A stretch of 64,000 bases of DNA from Candidatus Latescibacterota bacterium (GCA_965242865.1 CBDETK010000013.1:2304001-2368000), one strand, 5' to 3'; positions 20,906-30,600 are shown, counted from the stretch's first letter. The notes: generated by a model not told the origin, from the letters alone. Translations and numbers: made by a program.

Positions 20906-22175
20906 TTAGCTCTCGCTTTAGAGACGAATCGTAAACCAACGATAGGTCGAGAACATCAACCCGCATCTCCCACGTCATCAGCTTGTACAGCAGCGTCTTG
21001 AACAAATCGTCGAGCACCGCTCGTTTTCTTCGGTGTAAGTCAATTTTGCGGTCAATAGCGGCGAGAATGGCGACGATTTCGCATTGTTCATTCAAGGACG
21101 GCACCGGAACTAACTGTTCCTTGACAATCCGATCCGTCACTGCCGGGTAGCTAGCGCCGGTCTCAATCATAGCGAGTTGTTGAACAAACTGCTCCCGTTG
21201 GACGACATAGCGGATGAAGTCTTCAACGGCCCTCTTAGGCTCCCGACGCAGGACACAGAACGCTGTAGAACAGACTTGATTATTGAGTTGTTCGGGAACG
21301 ACAGCAGTACGCAACAAAGTTGGCCGGACCGTAGCGAAAATCACATCACCCTTCAAGATGCGTTTCCGGGCTCGTCCGGGTGCTTTTCTGAGTTTGAAAC
21401 GGGACGTTGACTCGATCTGTAAGGACTCTCGGGATACCGAAGAGACATCTACATACTCAATTACTCTCTCGCCTTCACGCCGAAGGTCAACTGTTTCTGT
21501 TTTTTTGCAGAGCGTTCCGAGCGGTCTCAAATTCCAACTCTCCGGCACTGAGCCAATCTCGGTTTCCCTCTGCGCTTCGCCCCTGAGTCCACGACTGAAG
21601 AGCGTCTGCATCGCGGCGCGTTTCAAATCCCGCGCAAGTTCGACGCTCTGAGCATGGGTCTTGATCGCTTTCCGAATCCGCGAAAGGGCGGCGACTATCG
21701 CTAGCTGCTCGTCGATCGTTGGCTGCGGGACCTCAAGCCCTGCCAATCGACTACGCGACAGGTTTGGAATCGTGGTCTTGTTGCCCGCGCCTTCGAATAT
21801 GCCAAGCTGTGTAAAGGCGGATTGCAGGAAGTACACGTAAAAACGCGGCTCGACCTCCTCGACAATGGGCCGCAGCCGATGTAAGTGATTCTGAAACGAC
21901 ATGGTTTCGACTGCGCCGTTCCAGATTGCGGCCCGCCCGATCTCGCCGCCCTCGCACACAAGCAGGTCGCCCCGGCACAACAGCTTGGCTCGTAGCTCGC
22001 GGTCTGGAATCGCCATCTCATCTACAGACGACAAGTCAATTTCATCCCAGAGGACATTCGATGTCCGAAGGAATGGAGTCTTGTCAGGACCGTTGCGAGC
22101 GGCGGCGGACATGGTTTTTCCCGCGCCAATTTCGAATAGCTCCCCGAGAGGACGCCATGTCCACGCTCCATTCAT
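20886..22175 (-). CDS. hsdS: Type I RM specificity subunit S
   Basis: Two TRDs separated by conserved regions (PTIDEQLAIV; LKRAAMQTLFSRGLRGE; PSLNEQCEIV...LFKTLLYKLMT). Confidence 0.95.
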   Translation of the reverse strand: MNGAWTWRPLGELFEIGAGKTMSAAARNGPDKTPFLRTSNVLWDEIDLSSVDEMAIPDRELRAKLLCRGDLLVCEGGEIGRAAIWNGAVETMSFQNHLHRLRPIVEEVEPRFYVYFLQSAFTQLGIFEGAGNKTTIPNLSRSRLAGLEVPQPTIDEQLAIVAALSRIRKAIKTHAQSVELARDLKRAAMQTLFSRGLRGEAQRETEIGSVPESWNLRPLGTLCKKTETVDLRREGERVIEYVDVSSVSRESLQIESTSRFKLRKAPGRARKRILKGDVIFATVRPTLLRTAVVPEQLNNQVCSTAFCVLRREPKRAVEDFIRYVVQREQFVQQLAMIETGASYPAVTDRIVKEQLVPVPSLNEQCEIVAILAAIDRKIDLHRRKRAVLDDLFKTLLYKLMTWEMRVDVLDLSLVYDSSLKRELNENNGQ

Positions 22176-22552
22176 TGCAGGCGCACCAACCCCTTGAGCC
22201 GCACGGCTGGCAACCTCTTCAACCGCTGATTCAGTGGGTCCACTTCTATACCGACGGATTCCAACGCCGTCACGCCCAGCAATGGCTCGGCGTCGGCCTC
22301 GCCGAATAGGATCGTCCCGCCAACGATCTCGCCCATAAACTCAATGTCAGCAGTGGTCACGTCCAGAACAAGGTCGCTCCCATCGGCCAGTTGGTATATC
22401 CTGCGGCCCTTCGGCTCCAGGCCGATGGCCTCTAGGTAAGGCCGGGGCACCAGGGAATCGGTGGCCCCTGTATCAACCAGAAACAGACCCTCCCAAAACC
22501 GGCCCGGCTGTGCGGGGTTGGTAATCCTAGCCGTTACATGCGTCGCTCCCAT
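22172..22552 (-). CDS. Clan AA (retropepsin-like, AF_0612-type) aspartic protease
   Basis: FLVDTGAT catalytic motif; LADG; PLLGVTALE; GGAGG RBS. Confidence 0.9.
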   Translation of the reverse strand: MGATHVTARITNPAQPGRFWEGLFLVDTGATDSLVPRPYLEAIGLEPKGRRIYQLADGSDLVLDVTTADIEFMGEIVGGTILFGEADAEPLLGVTALESVGIEVDPLNQRLKRLPAVRLKGLVRLQ

Positions 22553-22587
22553 GCTTTCCTACCTCCTTCGATCCTGAATATCCGCGT

Positions 22588-24408
22588 CTATTGCAATCGT
22601 GCCAACATATCTGATAGGTGTGCATCCACCTCTCGGGCCTCTTCATCGAGGCACTGCATCTCGGTAATGATCTCCGAGATCGGCCGTTGAACTACCTCGT
22701 CAGCCTGCCCTACCCACCGGCTCGGACTCAAGTTGTAGTCCGCCTGCTCCGCCTGCTCTCGCGTAATCACCGCAATCTCGCCCTCCACCGGCTCACCCTT
22801 CACAAATGCCGTTGCAATCAGCCGAATGTCCTCTTGTGGAATGAAGTTCTTGGGCCGTCCCTTGCGAACTCGCCGACTGGCGTTGAGCAGCACGATCTTG
22901 CCCTGCCGGGCCTCTGGCTTGCGCTTCGACAACACCACGACCACGCCAGCGGCACTGGTGTTGTAGAACAGGTTGTCGGGCAACAGGATCACGCCGTCGA
23001 TCAAGTCGCGGTCCACGAACCATTTGCGGATGTTGCGTTCCCGGTCCTCGTGTTTGGCGCCTGCGCCGCGCGTCACCGCGCCGGTGTCGAGCACGACCGC
23101 GGCCCGCCCGCGCTCGTTCAGGCAGGCGAGCGTGTACTGAAGCCAAGCCCAATCGCCCTTGCCGGTGGTGACGCCGCCTTGGGGGCGGAAGCGATCAAAG
23201 GGGTCGTTGGCGAAGAGCGCCGGGCTGAATGGCTGATTCCACATGGGATTGGCGACCACGATGTCGTGGGTGGAAATCTGGCCAGTCGCGGTCTTGAACT
23301 TGGGATTGATCATAGTGTCGCCGCGCTCAATTGCCATCTCCATGTCGTGGATGATCCCGTTCATGCAGGCGACGGCGTAGCTCTCGGCTTGCAGTTCTTG
23401 GCCGTAGAGCTTGAGCGGTACGCGGCTGGTGGGGTCGAGCTCGCGGGCGACGAGTTGGAGCTTGACGAGCAAACCTGCCGAGCCGCAGGCGTAGTCGTGG
23501 CAATCCTCGCCGGGCCTCGGGCGCATGAGGTGCGCCATGAGGAAGCCGACTTCAGTGGGCGTGAAGAACTCGCCGGCACTTTGGCCCGAGCCTTCGGCGA
23601 ACTTGCGCAGCAGATACTCGTAGGCGCGGCCGAGGAAGTCGGGCTGCACATCGGCGAGGCCGAGCCGGTAGCGCGGGTCGGAAAAAGTCTCGATGACTTG
23701 GGTGAGCTTGGCCGGATTGATGTCGCGCTCGCCATTGCGCTCGGAGGCAAAATCGACAAAATCGATGACCCCCGAAAGCGAGGGATTCTGCCGCACGACC
23801 CCCCGCACGGCCCGTGTCAAATGCTCGCCGACATCTCGCGGCCGCATGCTGAGCGACCACTCGTAACCTTCGCGACCGCTGATGACGCCCCAACGAGCTT
23901 CCGGCGGCAGGTAGAATCGCAGCAGGGCGTGGTCGCTCTCGGCGATTTCCAGCGCAGTCGCCCGATCCCCGAACTCCTCGGCCAAGCGTTCAATCTCGTC
24001 GTCGAACACATCGGATAATCGCTTGAGGAATAGAAGCGGCAGCAGGTAGTCCTTGAATTTTGCCGCATCCTGCTCGCCGCGAATGGAGCAGGCCGCGTCC
24101 CACAGCATCTGTTCCATGGGCTTGGTCGAAGGCACGGCCGCACGGCCTTTGCCTGTCCGTCGCCGCGTCGCCCGCACGGCGGCTTCGGTTGCAGCCAACT
24201 CCATTGTGTCGATGCCCGATTCGGTAGCGAGTGCAGCGATGGCTTCTTGCGCGGCCTTCTGTGGCTTGATTGCGCCGCCTTCCCAGCGGTTGATGCTAGC
24301 GAAAGAGACGCCAAGCCGCTCGGCAAGCTGCTCTTGGGTGAGGTCGAGGCGGACGCGGATGGCGCGTAATGCAGCCGGAATATCGGATAATTCTGCTATA
24401 TTTGACAT
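22588..24408 (-). CDS. hsdM: Type I RM methyltransferase subunit M with N-terminal XRE HTH
   Basis: [24 protein letters not shown]; [10 protein letters not shown]; GEFFTP; DYACGSAG; motif IV variant NPMW. Confidence 0.93.
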   Translation of the reverse strand: MSNIAELSDIPAALRAIRVRLDLTQEQLAERLGVSFASINRWEGGAIKPQKAAQEAIAALATESGIDTMELAATEAAVRATRRRTGKGRAAVPSTKPMEQMLWDAACSIRGEQDAAKFKDYLLPLLFLKRLSDVFDDEIERLAEEFGDRATALEIAESDHALLRFYLPPEARWGVISGREGYEWSLSMRPRDVGEHLTRAVRGVVRQNPSLSGVIDFVDFASERNGERDINPAKLTQVIETFSDPRYRLGLADVQPDFLGRAYEYLLRKFAEGSGQSAGEFFTPTEVGFLMAHLMRPRPGEDCHDYACGSAGLLVKLQLVARELDPTSRVPLKLYGQELQAESYAVACMNGIIHDMEMAIERGDTMINPKFKTATGQISTHDIVVANPMWNQPFSPALFANDPFDRFRPQGGVTTGKGDWAWLQYTLACLNERGRAAVVLDTGAVTRGAGAKHEDRERNIRKWFVDRDLIDGVILLPDNLFYNTSAAGVVVVLSKRKPEARQGKIVLLNASRRVRKGRPKNFIPQEDIRLIATAFVKGEPVEGEIAVITREQAEQADYNLSPSRWVGQADEVVQRPISEIITEMQCLDEEAREVDAHLSDMLARLQ

Positions 24409-24444
24409 AGATGTCAATATAACAGAATACCGATTGCACGTCAA
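24402..24444 (-). promoter_or_regulatory. Sigma70 promoter for hsdM (likely leaderless) with overlapping palindromic operator
   Basis: Minus strand TTGACG(24444-39)-17 nt-TATATT(24421-16), ATG 7 nt later; palindrome TTGACAT-AG-ATGTCAA at 24402-24417. Confidence 0.7.
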
Positions 24445-24462
24445 TAGTGCTGCATTGTTTTT

Positions 24463-24497
24463 GTAGTATATTCGGATGTACATTCCGAATATACTAC
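24463..24497. repeat. Perfect 14-bp inverted repeat at the RM island boundary
   Basis: GTAGTATATTCGGA-tgtacat-TCCGAATATACTAC. Confidence 0.85.
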
Positions 24498-24627
24498 GAT
24501 CTAGGATGTGGATTCAGCGGCCTCACCTGTTCAGCCAGATTGGAGTACCCGCTCGCGCCGAATATAACGGCCCTGCCGCTAAAGAAAGTTGGCGGTCTCG
24601 CGCTGTCGGCGACGAGGAGTTGACTGT

Positions 24628-26058
24628 TTAGATCGCCAACTGCTTGCGCAACAATTCTTGCACGAGCTGGGGATTGGCCTTGCCCCGCGTCGCCCGCATC
24701 ACTTGACCCATCAGAAATTGCACGGTTTTGTGGTGGCCGCCCTTGATTTTGGCGACCGCGTCGGGATGCGCGGCGATCACGTCGGCTACCGCTTGGTCGA
24801 GTGCCTCGCTGTCGGAGATTTGCCCAAGGCCGCGTGCGGCGACGATCTCGGCCGGCGAGCCGCCCTGCTCCCACAATTGGCCAAAGACTTCGCGGGCCGC
24901 GTTTTGGTTGATCGCGCCCTTGTTGACTAAAGCGAGCAACTCGACGAGCGCGGCGGGCGGGACCGCAACGGCCTCAATGGACCGGCCCTCGGCGTTGAGG
25001 CGGCGAAAAATTTCCCCGGTGATCCAGTGGCCCACCTGTTTGGGGTCTGCGCCTTGTATCTGGGCGGCCTCTTCAAAATACGCGGCCACGGCTCGGTCTT
25101 CGACCAAAGCGGCGGTCTCCTGTGGAGTGAGGCCGTAGGCCACAACAAAGCGCGCGGCTTTGGCGGCAGGTAGCTCGGGCAAGCGGACGCGGACTTTGGC
25201 GATCCACTCGTCGTCGAGCTCGGCGACGAGCAGGTCGGGCTCGGGGAAGTAGCGGTAGTCGTCCGAGGTTTCTTTGCTGCGCTGCGGACGAGTGATCTGG
25301 GCGCGTTCGTCCCAACCCATCGTCTCTTGCTCGACGTGGCCGCCAGCTTCGACGATGCGCTGCTGGCGCTCGGCTTCATAGGCGATGGCGCTGCGCACGG
25401 CGCGGAAGGAATTGAGGTTTTTAACCTCGACCTTGGTGCCCAAGGCGCGGGTGCCGGCCGGCCGGATCGAGATGTTGGCCTCGCAGCGCATGGCCCCTTT
25501 CTCCATGTCGCCCGAGGACGCGCCTAGGTAGCGGACCATCTGGCGGATCTGGGTCAAGTACGCATAGCTCTCGTCGGCCGAGCGGAGCGCGGAGTCGGTG
25601 ACGATTTCCATCAGGGGGACGCCGGCGCGGTTGTAGTCTATCAAGCTGGCGCGGTCGGCGTGCTGGAGCTTGCCGGTGTCCTCCTCGAGATGGACGCGGA
25701 CGACGCCGATTGGCTTGGGGCCGTTCTCGCCGCTGATTGCGATCCAGCCGCTCTCGCACAGGGGTTGCTCGTATTGCGAGATTTGGTAGCCCTTGGGCAA
25801 GTCGGGATAGACGTAGTTTTTGCGCGCAAAGACGCTGCGGGGTTTGATCTGGCAGTTGAGTGCCATGCCGGTCATAACCGTCAGCTCGAGGGCGCGGCCG
25901 TTGATGGCGGGCAAGGCCCCGGGTTGGCCGGTACACACCGGGCAGATGTGGGCGTTGGCCGCCACCTGAAAGTGATCGGCCGGGCAGGCGCAAAACATCT
26001 TGGAAGCGGTTTGCAACTCGACGTGGACTTCCATGCCGATGACGGTTTCGTAGCGCAA
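24628..26058 (-). CDS. gatB: Asp-tRNA(Asn)/Glu-tRNA(Gln) amidotransferase subunit B
   Basis: YETVIGMEVHVEL, RKNYVYPDLPKGYQISQY, HLEEDTGK, DYRYFPEPDL, LMGQVMRATRGKANP; TTG start with AAGGAG RBS. Confidence 0.97.
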   Translation of the reverse strand: MRYETVIGMEVHVELQTASKMFCACPADHFQVAANAHICPVCTGQPGALPAINGRALELTVMTGMALNCQIKPRSVFARKNYVYPDLPKGYQISQYEQPLCESGWIAISGENGPKPIGVVRVHLEEDTGKLQHADRASLIDYNRAGVPLMEIVTDSALRSADESYAYLTQIRQMVRYLGASSGDMEKGAMRCEANISIRPAGTRALGTKVEVKNLNSFRAVRSAIAYEAERQQRIVEAGGHVEQETMGWDERAQITRPQRSKETSDDYRYFPEPDLLVAELDDEWIAKVRVRLPELPAAKAARFVVAYGLTPQETAALVEDRAVAAYFEEAAQIQGADPKQVGHWITGEIFRRLNAEGRSIEAVAVPPAALVELLALVNKGAINQNAAREVFGQLWEQGGSPAEIVAARGLGQISDSEALDQAVADVIAAHPDAVAKIKGGHHKTVQFLMGQVMRATRGKANPQLVQELLRKQLAI

Positions 26059-26080
26059 GGGATGCTCCTTGGGGCGAGCT

Positions 26081-27958
26081 TCAGGCGAAGAGGACGTGCT
26101 GGCGGAGGAAGGCTTCGCAGGCTTGGTAGAAGGCCCGCACGGTCTCGGGTTTGCGCCAGCCATGGCCCTCGCCTTCGTACAGATGATAGACGTGCGGTAT
26201 GTTGCGGCGGCGCAACGAGGCCGCGATCTCCTCGGCTTGGGCCGGCGGCACCACTTGGTCGTCGGTCCCCTGAAAGAGAGCGAGCGGGTCGCGCAGTTGG
26301 TCGGCCGCGTAAATCGGCGAGCGCTCGCGATAGACCGCCGCCGCTTCGGGCAGCGGGCCGAGCATGGAGTCGAGGTAGCGGGATTCAAATTTGTGGGTGT
26401 CTGCGGCGAGCGCGAAGAGGTTGGCCACGCCGTAGAGGCAGATGCCAGCGCGGAAAAAGCCCGGCCGCGTAGTCAGCGCCCGCAAGACCGTGTAGCCACC
26501 AGCGCTGCCGCCCATGATGACGAGGCGCTCCGGGTCGGCCAAGCCGCGGGCGACGAGGTGCTGGGCACCGCCGATGGCATCTTCGACATCGAGGACGCCC
26601 CAGCGAGTGCGTAGGGCCTTCATGTACTCCCGACCGCGCCCGGTGCTCCCTCGGTAGTCCACGTCGAGGACGGCAAAGCCGCGAGTGGCAAAAAACTGCT
26701 GGGTCGGCTCAAAGCCGGTCTCGATCTGGCCGGTGGGGCCGCCGTGAATCAGGACGATCAGCGGCGGCCGGCCCCGGCCGGCAAAGCGGCGGTGGGCCGG
26801 AGGATAGTACAGCCCATAGACTTGCGCGGCATCCTCGCTGGCCCAAGAAACCGGCTCGGGCGTGGAGAGGTCGGCGGGGGCCAGCGACTCGCTGGCCGAG
26901 CGAGCGCGGACGGCTACTCGGCTCGCCGTACCGGCGACGATGCGCGCGGGAATCGCGCTGGCCACGGCAATGCAGGCCAAGCCCTGGCCGCGCGGGGCCG
27001 CAGCGAGCTGTTCGATGTGGGTGTACGCGGCCAGCCCTTCAACCGGGGCGACCGCCCCGCTGGCAAAGTCGAGGGCGTAGGCCCGGCGCTGGGCGTTCTC
27101 GCTGCGCACGAAATACAAGGTGCGGCTATCGGCGGCCCACGAGAACGTCCGCAGGCCCTGTACCCAAGCCGGAGTGGCGACGTCGTTGGCGTCCTCGCAC
27201 AAGCAGCGCGTGGCACCGCGGGCGAGGTCGTAGCACCAGAGGTTGCTGTAACCGCGCTCGTCCGAGGCATAGACCAGATAGCGGCCGTCGGGAGAAAAGC
27301 AAGGTTGGGCAATGGCCGTGTCTGCGCCGCCGGCGAGCACCTCGGTGGTACGCAGGCTGGGCAGCCCGCGCCGGCTGCGCGCAAGCTGGCCCAGCACGAG
27401 GCGGGTGCCGTCCCAAGGCATTTGCGGATGATCCCACTCAACCCAAGCCAAGCGGTCACCTCTGGGGTGCCAAGCCGGCTGCATGTAGAAGTCGGCACCT
27501 TCGGCGAGAATTTGCGGCCAAAAGCTCCCGGCCGCATCGACGATGGCCAATACATCGCGGCCTTCGTAACTGTGGACGTACGCGAGGTGACGCCCGGTTG
27601 GCGACGGCGTAGGAGACGCAGCGTGGCCAAACTGGGGCGTGATGGGCTGGGCGGGGCCGCGGGCTAGCGGCTGGCGGTAGAGGCGACCGTCGTGCTCGGC
27701 AAAGTACGCGTGGCCGTGGGCTACGGCAAAATCGCCGCCGCCGTAGCCGACTTGAGCGCGCACTGAGAGCGCGGCGTTGAGGTCGCGCGGGGCACCGCCC
27801 GGCTCTTGGCAGACGAGCACACCCTGCGGCCCGCGCCCCTCCAGCCAGACGAGGGTGCGGCCGTCGGCATCCCAAGCCACATCGCGGAGGCGCGTGGAAT
27901 GGGCCAACTCGTCGGGCGAGAGGGGGCTGGGCCACGAGCCAAAGGGGCGGACCTCCAT
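26081..27958 (-). CDS. S9-family peptidase (acylaminoacyl/dipeptidyl aminopeptidase)
   Basis: HGGPT, YRGSTG, GGSAGG nucleophile, D..VPP, EGHG; N-terminal propeller. Confidence 0.93.
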   Translation of the reverse strand: MEVRPFGSWPSPLSPDELAHSTRLRDVAWDADGRTLVWLEGRGPQGVLVCQEPGGAPRDLNAALSVRAQVGYGGGDFAVAHGHAYFAEHDGRLYRQPLARGPAQPITPQFGHAASPTPSPTGRHLAYVHSYEGRDVLAIVDAAGSFWPQILAEGADFYMQPAWHPRGDRLAWVEWDHPQMPWDGTRLVLGQLARSRRGLPSLRTTEVLAGGADTAIAQPCFSPDGRYLVYASDERGYSNLWCYDLARGATRCLCEDANDVATPAWVQGLRTFSWAADSRTLYFVRSENAQRRAYALDFASGAVAPVEGLAAYTHIEQLAAAPRGQGLACIAVASAIPARIVAGTASRVAVRARSASESLAPADLSTPEPVSWASEDAAQVYGLYYPPAHRRFAGRGRPPLIVLIHGGPTGQIETGFEPTQQFFATRGFAVLDVDYRGSTGRGREYMKALRTRWGVLDVEDAIGGAQHLVARGLADPERLVIMGGSAGGYTVLRALTTRPGFFRAGICLYGVANLFALAADTHKFESRYLDSMLGPLPEAAAVYRERSPIYAADQLRDPLALFQGTDDQVVPPAQAEEIAASLRRRNIPHVYHLYEGEGHGWRKPETVRAFYQACEAFLRQHVLFA

Positions 27959-27959
27959 C

Positions 27960-28331
27960 CTACTGCTCCATCAGCTCGATCTTGACATTATCTGGGCCGT
28001 TGATAAAGACGATGCGGCGGCCGTCGTCGAGCGTCACAGGCCCCATCCAGATCTCGACGCCGTGCTCGTCGATGGCGGCGAGGGTTTGATCGAAGTCGTC
28101 GGAGACGAGGGCGAGGTGGTCGTAGCCTTGGTAGCGGCCCAATTCCATCGGGGCAAACTCGCGGTCCGTGACGGTGATTTGCACCGCGCCGATGTGGACT
28201 GGAACCCAAGTCGCTCCGCCGCGCTCAAAGGGCGGGTCGCTGGTGGCGCCAAAGAGCTTTTTGTACCAAGCGACGGCCGCGTGGACGTCGGCGGCCTCGT
28301 GGTGGACGTGGTCGAAGGTGTAGTTAGGCAT
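27960..28331 (-). CDS. VOC/glyoxalase-family protein
   Basis: FDHVH...YDHLAL...GPDNVKIEL. Confidence 0.85.
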   Translation of the reverse strand: MPNYTFDHVHHEAADVHAAVAWYKKLFGATSDPPFERGGATWVPVHIGAVQITVTDREFAPMELGRYQGYDHLALVSDDFDQTLAAIDEHGVEIWMGPVTLDDGRRIVFINGPDNVKIELMEQ

Positions 28332-28402
28332 GAGCAATCCTTTCTGTTGAGTGCCCGAAAGTTCGCAAAAAGGGCCTTGCTGTCAAGGGAAGTAGGCTCG
28401 CG

Positions 28403-29221
28403 TCACAGCGCGGCGGTTAGGCCCTTTAGGTAGTGCAAACTCCCTGCGGCAATGGTGCGCGGATCCGGGCTGAAATCGAATACCTCCACGGAGACGTAGC
28501 GCGAATAATCCAACTGCTTTAGCGTCCGCATGACGCTGGCGAAGTCGGTGGAGCCAAAGCCGGGGCCGCGCTTGTTGGCGTCGTTGACGTGGACGTGGTA
28601 GAGGTGCTGACCGGAGTCGCGCAAGAGCTGGGCCACGGGCATGGTCTCGGTCGAGCCGGAGCACACGTCGACCATGGTCTGGAAGTGCGGGTGGTTGATC
28701 TCGGCGACCATTTTGCGCGCTTGCGCGCAGGTGGAGATGATGTTCGTCTGGTCCTTGCTCAGCGCTTCTATGCAGAGATAGACGCCGTGCTGCTGGGCCA
28801 ACGCCAGGCTGTCTTCAAACGCCCCGCGCATGCGGCTCCAGCACGCTTGGTAATCCCACCCCTCTTGCACGTTGCGCTGCATGGGGGAGCCAATGATCAT
28901 CACTTGGCCGCCGAGGTCGCCGCAGAATTGGACGAGCTCCTTGAAATACGCGCAGGTGCGCTGGTAGATGGCCGGGTCGGGGTGGGTGATGTACAGCCCG
29001 TCGGGGCTGGCCAAAAGCCAGTGCAGGCCGGCGATTTCCACGCCGGTGCGCTCGGCGGCCGCACGGATTTGGGTGCGCCGCGCCGCGGAGATGTCTTCGA
29101 CGCTGTCGGCGAGGGTAAAGGGGGCGATTTCTACGGCGTCGTATCCGAGGTCGGCCGCATAGTCAAAGACCGCTTCGATGGGCCAGTCGGTAAAGTACTC
29201 GTTACAGGTGGCGAATTTCAT
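28403..29221 (-). CDS. Sugar phosphate isomerase/epimerase (TIM barrel, ketose 3-epimerase-like)
   Basis: GYDAVEIAP, IEAL, HVHVND..KRGPGFG, VSVEVF. Confidence 0.88.
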   Translation of the reverse strand: MKFATCNEYFTDWPIEAVFDYAADLGYDAVEIAPFTLADSVEDISAARRTQIRAAAERTGVEIAGLHWLLASPDGLYITHPDPAIYQRTCAYFKELVQFCGDLGGQVMIIGSPMQRNVQEGWDYQACWSRMRGAFEDSLALAQQHGVYLCIEALSKDQTNIISTCAQARKMVAEINHPHFQTMVDVCSGSTETMPVAQLLRDSGQHLYHVHVNDANKRGPGFGSTDFASVMRTLKQLDYSRYVSVEVFDFSPDPRTIAAGSLHYLKGLTAAL

Positions 29222-29271
29222 GGTTCATTCCTTAACTAAGGGTGGATTAGAGGTAGCTTGCGTCTTGCCGT

Positions 29272-29387
29272 TATAGCCGTCCTAAATGACTTGAAAGCAT
29301 GGAATGTTCAGCGGCCCTGTTTTTTGCATATAGGAATCATTCCCGCGCACGCGGGAATCCAGTCTTGAACGATGTAGGATTACTATA
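29272..29387 (+). mobile_element. 116-bp MITE with TATAG ends and internal dRS3-like palindrome
   Basis: Imperfect TIRs TATAGCCGTCCTAAATGA / (rc) TATAGTAATCCTACATCG; internal ATTCCCGCGCACGCGGGAAT; second copy at 61668-61804. Confidence 0.8.
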
Positions 29388-29404
29388 TCTCTGTGTCGGA
29401 TTTC

Positions 29405-29656
29405 TCAACGGCGTGCGTTGAGCGAGAGCATCTCCCACTCATCCCCGAAATCAGTATGAACGATGTCGCCGTGGATAGTCATCCGGCCACGCAGTTTGCC
29501 GAGTGCTCTGCTTGAGTGGCTTTCTTCGCGGCAGGGGTTGACCGTGGCTATGGGCCGTTTGTTCAGGGTCACGAGGAGTGGTTCCCCCGTCTGTTGCACC
29601 TTCTTCAATTCGTCGATGCACTTCGCCTTGAATTCGGAAATACTCATTTCCTTCAT
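29405..29656 (-). CDS. Phd/YefM-family antitoxin (orphan)
   Basis: MSISEFKAKC..L..V..TGEPLLVT...PIA; no toxin downstream, a MITE follows. Confidence 0.88.
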   Translation of the reverse strand: MKEMSISEFKAKCIDELKKVQQTGEPLLVTLNKRPIATVNPCREESHSSRALGKLRGRMTIHGDIVHTDFGDEWEMLSLNARR

Positions 29657-29754
29657 CGCGATCCTCCGAGGTCTAGATGGTTAAGATAGGGGTTGGGCGA
29701 GATGTAGTGCAAAGGAGACAAACAGGTGTGGTGGCGGGTGCGCGGACGATAAGT

Positions 29755-30570
29755 TTACTCGCAGACCATGCCGTCGCCATCGCCGTCGCGCATGAACGGA
29801 TACGCCGGATGGTTGCGCGATACCGGCGCGATGGCGTGGCGGCGGGCCTCCGCGCACGTGATGCGGCCGTTGCCGTTGTCGTCCCACAGGCTAAGCGCGT
29901 CGATCTCCGAAGGCATAGGCGGCGGTTCCTCGGGTTCAACAGCCGCACCCTCCGGCCCGATCATGGCCGTAGAATGGCAGGCGGCCAACACGCGCTCTAA
30001 GGCGTCGGCTTCGCGGCGGTCGATGGTGAGGTGGTACTTGCGGCGCACCGCGACGACGCGGTCGGCAAACCAACATTGGTTCAGCCGCGGTAGCCATTCG
30101 GCCGCGTCTTGGGCGCATTTGCCACCCGTTTTACAGCCGTTTACCTCCGGGCTGGCCAAGGTCAGGTTGAGCAGATCGGCCGCAAAGGCGCGTCGCGTCG
30201 AATCCGGGGCCGCGCACAGGCCGCTGTCGTGGGCTTCGGACATGGCGACGATATGCTCAATGTGCGTCTGCTTCAGGTCCGTAAAAACCTGCCCGGTATA
30301 GGGGCTGTAGATACGGCCGAGCGTTTTGACGATGCGCGGCTCAAGCGATTGCGCGTAGGGATAGTCGCGCCGGCTGTAAGGGGCGCAACGTTGCTCGGGC
30401 GCGACCGTTAGCCCGCGCCATGTTTCGGCTTGGGCGCGCTTTAGCCGGTCATTTTCCTCTTTCAGTTGGACGTACTGCTGTACAAAGAAAAGGCCGCAGA
30501 CGACGGCAATAAACGCGCCAATCATCAACCAAACCCTAGCCTTCTTGTGACGCGAGTGATTAGTCGGCAT
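29755..30570 (-). CDS. Membrane-anchored HNH/DUF1524-like nuclease with C-terminal excalibur-type Ca-binding domain
   Basis: N-terminal TM; HIEHIVA.SEAHDSG...NLTLASPEVN...AEWLP; TCAEAR...RDGDGDGMVCE. Confidence 0.8.
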   Translation of the reverse strand: MPTNHSRHKKARVWLMIGAFIAVVCGLFFVQQYVQLKEENDRLKRAQAETWRGLTVAPEQRCAPYSRRDYPYAQSLEPRIVKTLGRIYSPYTGQVFTDLKQTHIEHIVAMSEAHDSGLCAAPDSTRRAFAADLLNLTLASPEVNGCKTGGKCAQDAAEWLPRLNQCWFADRVVAVRRKYHLTIDRREADALERVLAACHSTAMIGPEGAAVEPEEPPPMPSEIDALSLWDDNGNGRITCAEARRHAIAPVSRNHPAYPFMRDGDGDGMVCE

Positions 30571-30600
30571 TGCAAGGGCTTCTGTTTTAGGTATGGCCTA

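Noticed and set aside
26059-26388. N-terminal extension of gatB
   Set aside because: It overlaps the S9 peptidase in another frame; TTG 26058 has a strong RBS and matches the GatB N-terminus.
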